Part shown: positions 17,489-27,532 of the stretch, piece by piece
Layout of the letters: each line of letters begins with the position of its first letter
Numbering within the stretch: position 1 is the first letter of the stretch
From: Burkholderiales bacterium
GTDB taxonomy: Bacteria > Pseudomonadota > Gammaproteobacteria > Burkholderiales > Thiobacillaceae
Assembly (NCBI GenBank): GCA_005793645.1
Contig: SXRG01000025.1
Span: forward strand, 1 to 31,780
Length of the DNA stretch: 31,780 bases
Direction of reading: 5' to 3'
Translations under genes and position numbers: made by a program
The notes under the pieces: model-generated
What the model saw: the letters and a program-made list of their open reading frames with translations, nothing else
What the model was told of the DNA's origin: nothing
Databases searched by the model: none

Positions 17489-18721
17489 TCATAGTAAGGT
17501 AAAGCGTTCAGTAGATTCGTTGTATCGCAACCAGAGGTACCAGACCATCAGGATCGCGAAGCTGATGGCCAACGGCCAGCCCCAACCACCCAGCATGTCT
17601 GGCAAATAGGTTTGGGCGCCCAGGGCCGTGAATTCAAGGCCATCAATATTGACATCCGTGACCATCAGGCCGCTGTGCTTGAGCAGTGCACTGGACACCG
17701 AGCCGCCCCAAGCAAAGAAGAACCCAGCCACCCATAGCTTGAGATGTCCTTCACCCATCCGCCACAGCGAGCCAGAGGCGCAACCGCCGGCAAACACCAT
17801 ACCAATACCGAAAATCAGACCACCGGACAATGAACCAACCCAGAAGGTGGGCGGGATCCCCAGATAGGGATCAATCACCTTGGCCGCAAACAGCAACGCC
17901 GCAAGGGGCATGGCGACCGCGAGGGCTACGATGATTGCCTTGGTCATCTCGGTCTCGGCCGTCATAAAAGGTTCCCGGAAGGCACGGGCAAAACAAAGAC
18001 GGGAGCGGTGCATGATGAAACCCAGGGCGAAACCCGCCGGGATCAGGATGGCGCGACCACGCAGTTTCTCGTCCGAGCTATCGTACCAATTCACCGTCCA
18101 GGCCAACAACAAGGCCAGCAGGAGTAGCGCGGCCCAAGGCATGAACCGTAGGACGGAAGCAGAGAACGGCATTGGGCGTGGGGCAGACATCCCCCATTCG
18201 ATATTTTCCAAGGTCCAGAGCAAGGCCTTCAATCCTATGGCCGCACCCAGTAGCAAACCAAACCACATGGCCCAGCCAGCTGGCGAGGCATGTACGAGTG
18301 GAGTAAAAAACCCCCCCGTCGTACACCCCCCCGCCAGGGCCGCACCCAACCCCATGGCCGTCCCACCCAAGGCCGCCCATACATACTCCAGAGGCGGCGG
18401 ACGATGAATGGCAAATTGACGCGAGATCATGGCAGCCGTGAAGGCTCCCAACACCAAGGTCATGTTCATCAGGGCCATGCGGTGCATCAGCGGCGTATCC
18501 AGTTCTGGCTTGATGCCCAGCAACGGACCAAGCCCAATGAGATTATTGAACCAATCCCCGAACAGCTTCATCCCACCGAAGATGCCCCAGAACAGGCCCG
18601 CCATCATAAGACCAAGCACAACTAGCACCATGAGAATAGCCCCGATATAGGGCGACCAAGGTTCTACCAGAACTTGTTGAAAATCCTCACGCAGCCCACG
18701 CACCCAAGCTCTATCACCCAT
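17489..18721 (-). CDS. YeeE/YedE-family sulfur-compound (thiosulfate) transporter
   Basis: Multi-TM protein with exactly three Cys, in GGCTTG, RSRLCF and GGCASG motifs. Confidence 0.92.
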   Translation of the reverse strand: MGDRAWVRGLREDFQQVLVEPWSPYIGAILMVLVVLGLMMAGLFWGIFGGMKLFGDWFNNLIGLGPLLGIKPELDTPLMHRMALMNMTLVLGAFTAAMISRQFAIHRPPPLEYVWAALGGTAMGLGAALAGGCTTGGFFTPLVHASPAGWAMWFGLLLGAAIGLKALLWTLENIEWGMSAPRPMPFSASVLRFMPWAALLLLALLLAWTVNWYDSSDEKLRGRAILIPAGFALGFIMHRSRLCFARAFREPFMTAETEMTKAIIVALAVAMPLAALLFAAKVIDPYLGIPPTFWVGSLSGGLIFGIGMVFAGGCASGSLWRMGEGHLKLWVAGFFFAWGGSVSSALLKHSGLMVTDVNIDGLEFTALGAQTYLPDMLGGWGWPLAISFAILMVWYLWLRYNESTERFTLL

Positions 18722-18756
18722 ATAACATCTCTCCTCAGAGAAAAATGCAACGCGTG

Positions 18757-19146
18757 TTAACTGCAGCGTGCCGGGGCATCACCGTCCTTGGCCCCTTTCT
18801 GCAAAAATTCCTTAACATCCTCGGCCAAGTCGGCCTCAGGCACATCTGAAAACTTTGCCGCAGCCTTATTGGTGGCCTTGATGCTGTCGCGGAACTTGCT
18901 GCTGAAATAAAACTTCACCGCATCCTTACCCTTAGCATGCTTGTCGGCCTGAAAATAAGCCGTCCATTCAGCCTTGGATTTCACGCTCGGAGAAATAGCC
19001 CCACCCGCTTTCTCGGTGTGACACTGGGTGCACACCATCCGGTAATAGACACGACCCCGCTTCCAATCCGCATCAGCCTGGGCCAGCGCAGGAAACAAGG
19101 TCACAGAGACCAGAGAACCCACCATCAATATCGAACGCATCTTCAT
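18757..19146 (-). CDS. Small periplasmic mono-heme cytochrome c
   Basis: Sec signal peptide (AQA), CTQCH, AGGAG RBS, C-terminal ...PARCS. Confidence 0.88.
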   Translation of the reverse strand: MKMRSILMVGSLVSVTLFPALAQADADWKRGRVYYRMVCTQCHTEKAGGAISPSVKSKAEWTAYFQADKHAKGKDAVKFYFSSKFRDSIKATNKAAAKFSDVPEADLAEDVKEFLQKGAKDGDAPARCS

Positions 19147-19221
19147 GATTTAACTCCTATAAAGGTTAAACACTGTTTTACACTAAATATTTAATTGAAC
19201 GTTGTAGTTTGGTCCAAGTGC

Positions 19222-19821
19222 TTAATCCACTTCTTCCCAACCGGTGATCATGGCCTTGATATGGGCCGTGGGGGTATGACCCGCCGTGGTCAGGTAGACA
19301 TGGGCAATCAGGAAAATGAGCATCATGAAGGCCGCCGCCGCATGTAAGAAGGCTACCCACTCCAGACTGAGATAGGCATCCCAGCCCCAGACAATCCACT
19401 GGTCATAGAACAGGTAAAACCAACCACTGACCCAGAGCATCGGGCCAACCATAAGCAGGACCCATAGATATGCCAGGCGTTGCAGTGGGTTGTGCTTCTT
19501 GAGTTGCGTGGCCTTGAACGGGTGCGGGGCATTTTTGAAAATACCAATTGCATAGTACTTGGCCATCGCGTCAACCTTTTGCAGCGTCGGGATATATTGC
19601 TTCCATTCGCCCGTTGTGAAGTGCCAGAAAATGGCAAATGTCCATAAACCCACTAAGGTCCACGCCGCTATCGTATGGACATCCACCGCGTCCGCAAAAC
19701 CTACAAGCGTATAGCTCCCGTGAACCTCAAACCCCGTCACTAGCATGGTGATGATGAGCAGGGCCTGAGACCAGTGCCAGAAACGCTCGAACCGCTTGAA
19801 TACATAAATCTTTTCGCCCAT
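19222..19821 (-). CDS. Di-heme cytochrome b subunit (PhsC/hydrogenase cytochrome b-like)
   Basis: RFWHW, VDVHT, HNPLQRLAY, FLHA and IAHVYL His-bearing TM helices. AGGAG RBS. Confidence 0.88.
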   Translation of the reverse strand: MGEKIYVFKRFERFWHWSQALLIITMLVTGFEVHGSYTLVGFADAVDVHTIAAWTLVGLWTFAIFWHFTTGEWKQYIPTLQKVDAMAKYYAIGIFKNAPHPFKATQLKKHNPLQRLAYLWVLLMVGPMLWVSGWFYLFYDQWIVWGWDAYLSLEWVAFLHAAAAFMMLIFLIAHVYLTTAGHTPTAHIKAMITGWEEVD

Positions 19822-19831
19822 TTTTGACTCC

Positions 19832-21418
19832 TTAATGATGCCCGGCAGCGGGGTTCTTACGCGCCACATAAATTCGAATGGCACCGTGAATCAGAACGCC
19901 CATTAGGGTGGCAGCTGCTGCGAGCCACCCAAGCAAGTCCAGCCAGGGATTGGCACGGCGACCCGGCATGTAGATGCCTTCCACCTTGTCCAGACGCCCC
20001 ACCCCGGTTTGCGGCTGGTGACATTGCGCACAGGTCAACGCATCTTTCTTCGGTGCCACCATGTGCGTAATCGGCCAGGACATCTCGGTACTGATGAACT
20101 CATATTTACCCGAATATGGCGCGCCAGTAGCCTGCATCCCAGCCGTTAACGCCTTGCTCCAGTCAAAGTTGTCCCAGAAACCCGTGCCGCGATCGCCCGC
20201 CGTATGGGGTACCAAGAGGGTCTGGTTGATCGGATCGTAAGGCTGCTTGCCACGGAAGATCTTGACCGGCCAGATCATCGACTTTCCGTCCGTATGGGAA
20301 CCCTCAAAACGATTGATCTGAGTCGGTTTCTCTCCCTTGACCACCTTGTCGCCGAGCAGTGTGTATTTCACCTGGCCATTGAACCAAATGTATTCAGGGA
20401 CAATATTCTCACCCACTACGAAATCTCCCTTACGCGAGTCGTAGATCACATGACCGTGTGCATCTTTCTTCGTGATAGGCTTCCCTTCTGGACTCAACTT
20501 GCCAGCCGTCGACCAATCCCATGACATTTTTGTTGCAACACCACCACGGGCAACGGTCGGGATATGGCAGGTTTGGCAGGCAATCTTGTTGGCGTGGGTG
20601 TTAAGCCGCGCATTCTTGTGTGGCCGGCTGTTGTGACAGGACTGGCAAGTGGCCGGATTAGCGTCCGCCCTCCCTCGAATATGCTTCTCCTTGTCCATCG
20701 CCATGGGGGCGTAGCGACTCCCCGCCACTTTGTGACCGCTGGTCTTATGACAGGTCGCGCAAGTGAAATCCAGCCCAGCCGCATCCATGTGGACATCCAC
20801 ATGGGGCTCGGGCGCCGCCAGCGAACTGTCCATATCTCCGTGCTTGACGCCGTCGCCGCCACCACCGCTAAAGTGGCAAGCACCACAATTATCGCGACTA
20901 CTCTTGCCAACTTTTTGGGCGACTACATTCAGATCCACCGCTTTGATCATCTTGCCCGAGCCTTTTGGAAACTCCATATCCTGATAGGCCGGGTGCCCTG
21001 CCTTGCCGGGCGCCTTGCGATATTTACCCGTTGTATCGTGACAAACCAGACAATCAACATTGTCTTGCTTGCTGAAGTCAAAATTGGCTGAATCCCAGCC
21101 ATAACCCGCATGGCATGAGGTACAAAAGGCCAGATTTGGAGTCGTAGCAATACAGAAATTGTTCAACACGGTCTTCTTGCCAAGTCGCTGGCCATTGGCA
21201 GGGTTGGTGTACTCCCAAGTCCAGTGACTGGTATGCATGACCTGAGTGGAGGCCTCGGTATGACAGGCCAAACAGGCCTTGGTGACCTCAGGACCCGACT
21301 TGAACGGTTTTTTCAACTGTTCGAATTTACTGTGGTCTGCCGTTCCGGCCATTACGGCCCCGACCGACAACCATCCTGACAAAACCCAGAACCACGCGCG
21401 CTTCGTTATAAAAGACAT
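19832..21418 (-). CDS. otr: Octaheme tetrathionate-reductase-family cytochrome c with a C-terminal membrane anchor
   Basis: Eight CxxCH motifs (CLACH, CTSCH, CLVCH, CGACH, CATCH, CQSCH, CQTCH, CAQCH). OTR signatures HWTW, GKxxxxNNFC and GGGDGVKHGD. Sec signal peptide and a C-terminal hydrophobic helix. Confidence 0.92.
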   Translation of the reverse strand: MSFITKRAWFWVLSGWLSVGAVMAGTADHSKFEQLKKPFKSGPEVTKACLACHTEASTQVMHTSHWTWEYTNPANGQRLGKKTVLNNFCIATTPNLAFCTSCHAGYGWDSANFDFSKQDNVDCLVCHDTTGKYRKAPGKAGHPAYQDMEFPKGSGKMIKAVDLNVVAQKVGKSSRDNCGACHFSGGGGDGVKHGDMDSSLAAPEPHVDVHMDAAGLDFTCATCHKTSGHKVAGSRYAPMAMDKEKHIRGRADANPATCQSCHNSRPHKNARLNTHANKIACQTCHIPTVARGGVATKMSWDWSTAGKLSPEGKPITKKDAHGHVIYDSRKGDFVVGENIVPEYIWFNGQVKYTLLGDKVVKGEKPTQINRFEGSHTDGKSMIWPVKIFRGKQPYDPINQTLLVPHTAGDRGTGFWDNFDWSKALTAGMQATGAPYSGKYEFISTEMSWPITHMVAPKKDALTCAQCHQPQTGVGRLDKVEGIYMPGRRANPWLDLLGWLAAAATLMGVLIHGAIRIYVARKNPAAGHH

Positions 21419-21499
21419 AGTAACCCCGCACAAAAAATCTATACGCGATATTAGAATCTATTAAGCGCATTACAAAATCAAAAAATATTATGCGCACCA

Positions 21500-22411
21500 T
21501 CAAAGCCAAGCCGCACCACGCACCCCACTGCTATCCCCATATTTCGGTGGAATCAATCGCGTACGCACACAGTCTGAAAAAACATACTGTTCCCATAGCG
21601 TTGGCACCCACTCATAGAGGTGCGCAAGATTCGACACCCCACCACCAAGAACAATGCAATCAGGATCAATAATATTGATCACATGGGCCAGGCTACGCGC
21701 CAAACGATCGGCGTGACGCGTCAAAGTAGCGGTGCAGGCCACATCTCCCGCCTTCATCCTTTCGACGAGAATCTCAACACTCAAAGAAAAACCCGTAGCA
21801 CGCTGGTGATCAGCAGCGAGACCGGGTCCCGATAGCCAGGTTTCGATGCAACCGGCCTTACCGCAATAACACGCGGGTCCTGGATTCTCGTCGACATTAG
21901 ACCAAGGGAGTGGATTGTGACCCCACTCGCCGGCAATGGCATTGGGGCCATTCAACACCTGCCCGCGCACCGCAATGCCACCGCCGACCCCGGTCCCCAG
22001 AATCACCCCAAATACACACTCGGCCCCGGCCGCAGCCCCATCAGTTGCCTCAGACAACACAAAACAGTTGGCGTCGTTGGCGATCTGCACCGGCCTTTGC
22101 AGACGGGCCTCGATGTCCTCGCGCAAAGGCTGTCCATTCAGACAGGTTGAGTTGGAGTTACGCAATCGCCCGGTCGTCGGGGATATTGCCCCTGGCGTGC
22201 CAACTCCAACCCGACCTCGCCCACCCAGCGCCGTTTCAGCCGCAAGAACCAACCCCACGATGGCCTCGATCGTCCCGGCATAGTCGCCCTGCGGGGTAGC
22301 AACCCGTTGCCGCCAGTGTTCAGTGCCCTGATGATCTAACGCAATCAGTTCAATCTTGGTGCCTCCCAGATCGACACCCAAGCGCCAAGTTTCTGTTCGT
22401 CCGTTTTTCAT
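21500..22411 (-). CDS. mak: ROK-family sugar kinase (fructokinase-like)
   Basis: GVDLGGTKIE, NDANC, GTGVGGG, GEWGH, CYCGKAGCIE zinc motif, SSGVRGAAWL. Confidence 0.88.
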   Translation of the reverse strand: MKNGRTETWRLGVDLGGTKIELIALDHQGTEHWRQRVATPQGDYAGTIEAIVGLVLAAETALGGRGRVGVGTPGAISPTTGRLRNSNSTCLNGQPLREDIEARLQRPVQIANDANCFVLSEATDGAAAGAECVFGVILGTGVGGGIAVRGQVLNGPNAIAGEWGHNPLPWSNVDENPGPACYCGKAGCIETWLSGPGLAADHQRATGFSLSVEILVERMKAGDVACTATLTRHADRLARSLAHVINIIDPDCIVLGGGVSNLAHLYEWVPTLWEQYVFSDCVRTRLIPPKYGDSSGVRGAAWL

Positions 22412-22519
22412 ACGCAAGATAATAGCGTGCCTGACACCGGTCAGGCGCCACCCTGCCAATCTACCCCATTCGAGACATGCCAATGCTATCCTTGTCACAT
22501 AGTGTATTTGGACCCCGAC

Positions 22520-22933
22520 ATGACCCAAACTCCCCGCAACGAACTTGAAATCCTGCTCACCGCCGTCCATTCTGGCGAGGTAAGCCCCGAGGCCTTTGTC
22601 ACCCGCCTGCTCGATCTACAAGTTTTCATGCCCGTCAAAGACGAAAAACACAAGATCGCTGGTTTTCAGACATCCACCCGAGCCGAACCCCTGATCGTCA
22701 AGGTTGAAGAAGATCAAAAGGTCATGATTCTGTTCACAGCCCCCGAGCGTGCCAAGGCCTTTCTGACCCAGTTTCCAGGCTACAGTGGAGGCCTTCTGAC
22801 CGAATTCGCCTGGGTCCTGCGCCGCATGGCCAAGGACATGGGAATTGCCCTGAATCCTGGCGATAAGATGGGATTCGACTTTGACGCCGAAATGATCGCC
22901 ATGATGGCCAGCCTGTTGCCCGAAGAACAATGA
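22520..22933 (+). CDS. SseB N-terminal-domain family protein
   Basis: NELE.LL..., V..P..., FT..ERA..F..., GIALNPG pattern. Confidence 0.7.
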   Translation: MTQTPRNELEILLTAVHSGEVSPEAFVTRLLDLQVFMPVKDEKHKIAGFQTSTRAEPLIVKVEEDQKVMILFTAPERAKAFLTQFPGYSGGLLTEFAWVLRRMAKDMGIALNPGDKMGFDFDAEMIAMMASLLPEEQ

Positions 22934-23502
22934 CCCATTTGCATACTTTCCCCCGGCCAGATATTGAGGCCGACCCGCGCCGGGTGGGCACCCCGTATTC
23001 GACCGAATACAACCGCTATGACGAAGGTGCCCGCTACCTGTACAACCAGGGCGCCCACGAACTGACCTTATTCTGGCCCCAACCTACAGCCCACGAAATC
23101 AATGGGTTCCGCCTCCAACCCATCGAGATCGCCCTCTATAGCGATGCGGCCCTGGCCGTGTTGCTCTACCGTATCGACGGTATCTGCGAGTGGTCGGATG
23201 TCAGCTTTCATGTCCAGCGCAACCCCGAAAGCCAACGCGAGCTACCACAGGAACCGACCGGAGAGCGCGCCCGCCTGCGTCTCTTCCTGGTCAATTGCGA
23301 TACCGGTCTCATTAGCGCCCGCCGTTTGGTCTCACTTGACAAGGTCATGACCCAAGCCCTGCGCCATGTCATGCACGAACAAGCCCAAAGCCGCTTCGAC
23401 CCGCTGCACTATGACCTTGCCCTGCAACAGATTCACGCCCGCTTCCCGGATTCCGACGCCCTGCTCAAGGTCGCCGAATTCCAGGAAATGACCCTCGGCT
23501 GA
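22930..23502 (+). CDS. Hypothetical protein (190 aa)
   Basis: Intact ORF, translationally coupled at both ends (ATGA and TGATG overlaps). No recognised motif. Confidence 0.75.
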   Translation: MTHLHTFPRPDIEADPRRVGTPYSTEYNRYDEGARYLYNQGAHELTLFWPQPTAHEINGFRLQPIEIALYSDAALAVLLYRIDGICEWSDVSFHVQRNPESQRELPQEPTGERARLRLFLVNCDTGLISARRLVSLDKVMTQALRHVMHEQAQSRFDPLHYDLALQQIHARFPDSDALLKVAEFQEMTLG

Positions 23503-24893
23503 TGCCTGACCTCTCTACTTCCCTTGCCAACCTGGAAACGACGCTCGGCCCCGAGCGCATTTTTACGGACCTGGCCACACGAAACCTCTACGCCAGCGAC
23601 GAAACGCCACATCAGTGCATCCCGCAAGCGGTCTGCTTTCCACGCTCTCATGACGAAGTGCTCCTCCTGGTACGCTGGGCATACACGAATAGCATCGCGC
23701 TGACCCCGCGCGGCGCCGGCTCTGGTAATGTCGGTGGCGCCCTACCTGCCCCCGACAGCCTCGTGGTCAGTTTTGAGTGCATGACGCGAGTCCTGGAATT
23801 TGACCCAGACAACCGCTTGATGGTGGTCGAAGCCGGAATCATCACCGACGAAGTAGATCGACTCGCGCGCAGCGCCGGTCTCATGTACGCGCCCGATCCC
23901 GGCTCCGGTGCCTATTGCAGGATCGGCGGCAACCTGGCGATGAACGCCGCCGGGCCGCGCTGCGTCAAGTACGGTGCCACCCGCGACCATATCCTGGGGC
24001 TACGCGCCATCACCGGCGATGGCCGCGAGATTCGCACCGGCAGCCGCACCAGCAAATATGCTACCGGCTACGACCTCACCCGACTATTGATTGGCTCGGA
24101 AGGCACCCTGGCCCTAATCACCGAGGCCACCCTGAAACTGATCCCTGCGCCCGAGGCCGTCGCTACCTTGCGCCTGTGTTACACCAGCACCCGAGCAGCC
24201 TGCGAGGCAGTGATCCGCGTCATGCGTCAGCCCATCGTGCCCTGCGCCCTGGAGTTCATGGATGCCCGTTCCATTGATGCCCTGCACGCCTATGGCGATG
24301 TCCAGGATCTACCCGCTGGCACCCAGGCCGTTCTGATGGTAGAGGCCGATGGCGATACCCACACCCTGCCCGACCAGTTGACTTCACTGGTCCGTGCCCT
24401 TGAAGGCCCAGGATTAATCGAAAGCCAAAGCGGCTTTTCAAAAGATGAAATCCAGCATCTGTGGACCGCCCGAAAATCGCTGTCACACGCCGTCAAGCGC
24501 ATTGCCCCGCGCAAGATCAATGAAGATGTCGTAGTGCCCGTCTCGCAGCTCGCCGATCTGGTCGATGCCATCGACCGTCTGGGTCACCGCTGGGCAGTAC
24601 CGCTAGTCGCCTTCGGCCACGCTGGCAATGGCAATCTGCATGTCAACCTGATGGTACACGCAGACAACACCGACGAGATGGCTCGCGCAGCGGCCTGCCG
24701 GTGTGAATTGGTCGAAACCGTATTGGCCATGCACGGCAGCCTGTCCGGCGAACACGGCATCGGCAGTGAAAAGCGGCACTTCCTACCGCTGGAGATCGAG
24801 CCCAACACCCTAGCCCTAATGCGTCAGATCAAGGCCCAGTTTGACCCTGCCGGAATACTCAATCCCGGCAAAAAGTTACCGCCCACTCCCTGA
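23502..24893 (+). CDS. FAD-linked oxidase, GlcD/D-2-hydroxyacid dehydrogenase family
   Basis: PRGAGSG..GG, PDP.S...IGGN...NA.GP, GSEGTL, FGHAGNGNLHVN, SGEHGIG, DPAGILNPGK. Confidence 0.9.
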   Translation: MPDLSTSLANLETTLGPERIFTDLATRNLYASDETPHQCIPQAVCFPRSHDEVLLLVRWAYTNSIALTPRGAGSGNVGGALPAPDSLVVSFECMTRVLEFDPDNRLMVVEAGIITDEVDRLARSAGLMYAPDPGSGAYCRIGGNLAMNAAGPRCVKYGATRDHILGLRAITGDGREIRTGSRTSKYATGYDLTRLLIGSEGTLALITEATLKLIPAPEAVATLRLCYTSTRAACEAVIRVMRQPIVPCALEFMDARSIDALHAYGDVQDLPAGTQAVLMVEADGDTHTLPDQLTSLVRALEGPGLIESQSGFSKDEIQHLWTARKSLSHAVKRIAPRKINEDVVVPVSQLADLVDAIDRLGHRWAVPLVAFGHAGNGNLHVNLMVHADNTDEMARAAACRCELVETVLAMHGSLSGEHGIGSEKRHFLPLEIEPNTLALMRQIKAQFDPAGILNPGKKLPPTP

Positions 24894-24968
24894 TCCCGGT
24901 ATCAGACTCTTAACGCTCAACATAATCTCGGCATAACGGCATTCATCACACCAGCCCGTGATGTCCAA

Positions 24969-26965
<1,997 letters not shown>

Positions 26966-26976
<11 letters not shown>

Positions 26977-27355
26977 GGGCACCGTGTGTGCGCTCAAACC
27001 TCTCCTGGCATACAATGCAACGCCGGGCACCCGGATTGATCACCAATCGGGCTACTGGAATCCCCACACCGCAATCCTCACAGAGACCGAATTCCGCATC
27101 CTCCAAACGCTGGAGGCCAGACTCCAGTTCATGCAACTCCTTTAGCTCCAGATCCAGGCGTGCTGCCGCGAGATCACCCAGCGTCACCGCCAGCGCCTCA
27201 TCTGAACTATCACCGCCATGTTTCCCCAGCAAGGTGGAAAACTGCGTCTCACCCGCAGCCGCCTCAGCGGCAAGAATCTCATCCAGCAAGGCCGCACGAC
27301 GCGCCCGCAACGCAGCGCCTACGCGACCCCGTTCTTCTTCTGTCAGATACTTCAT
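26966..27355 (-). CDS. TraR/DksA-family C4 zinc-finger protein
   Basis: Coiled-coil region with DSSDEA (DxxDxA) and CEDC...CIVC. Confidence 0.88.
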
Positions 27356-27410
27356 GAAATCACTCCAAAAATCACGATTACCACGACCGCTAGGCTAAAA
27401 TGCGCATCCT

Positions 27411-27486
27411 GCCTCCGTAGCTCAGTGGATAGAGCATCCCCCTCCTAAGGGGAGGGTCACACGTTCGATTCGTGTCGGGGGCGCCA
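27411..27486 (+). tRNA. tRNA-Arg (anticodon CCT), encoded CCA
   Basis: Cloverleaf folded by hand: acceptor GCCTCCG/CGGGGGC, D stem GCTC/GAGC, anticodon stem TCCCC/GGGGA with loop CT-CCT-AA, T arm ACACG-TTCGATT-CGTGT. Confidence 0.97.
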
Positions 27487-27532
27487 GCCATACGACCTTG
27501 AACGGCCACGCCGCATCAAGATCCATTGTAGT

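Noticed and set aside
18305-18335. C-homopolymer runs in the YeeE gene (possible phase variation)
   Set aside because: The runs are short and simply encode the conserved GGCTTGG motif. The frame is intact.
22429-22446. Hairpin GCCTGAC-accg-GTCAGGC between the divergent ROK kinase and SseB-like genes
   Set aside because: Single copy in the window, no U-tract, and no recognisable REP or operator family.
27497-27520. Imperfect hairpin downstream of tRNA-Arg; possible att site or terminator
   Set aside because: The stem is bulged with no U-tract, and no direct repeat of the tRNA 3' end or integrase is in the window.
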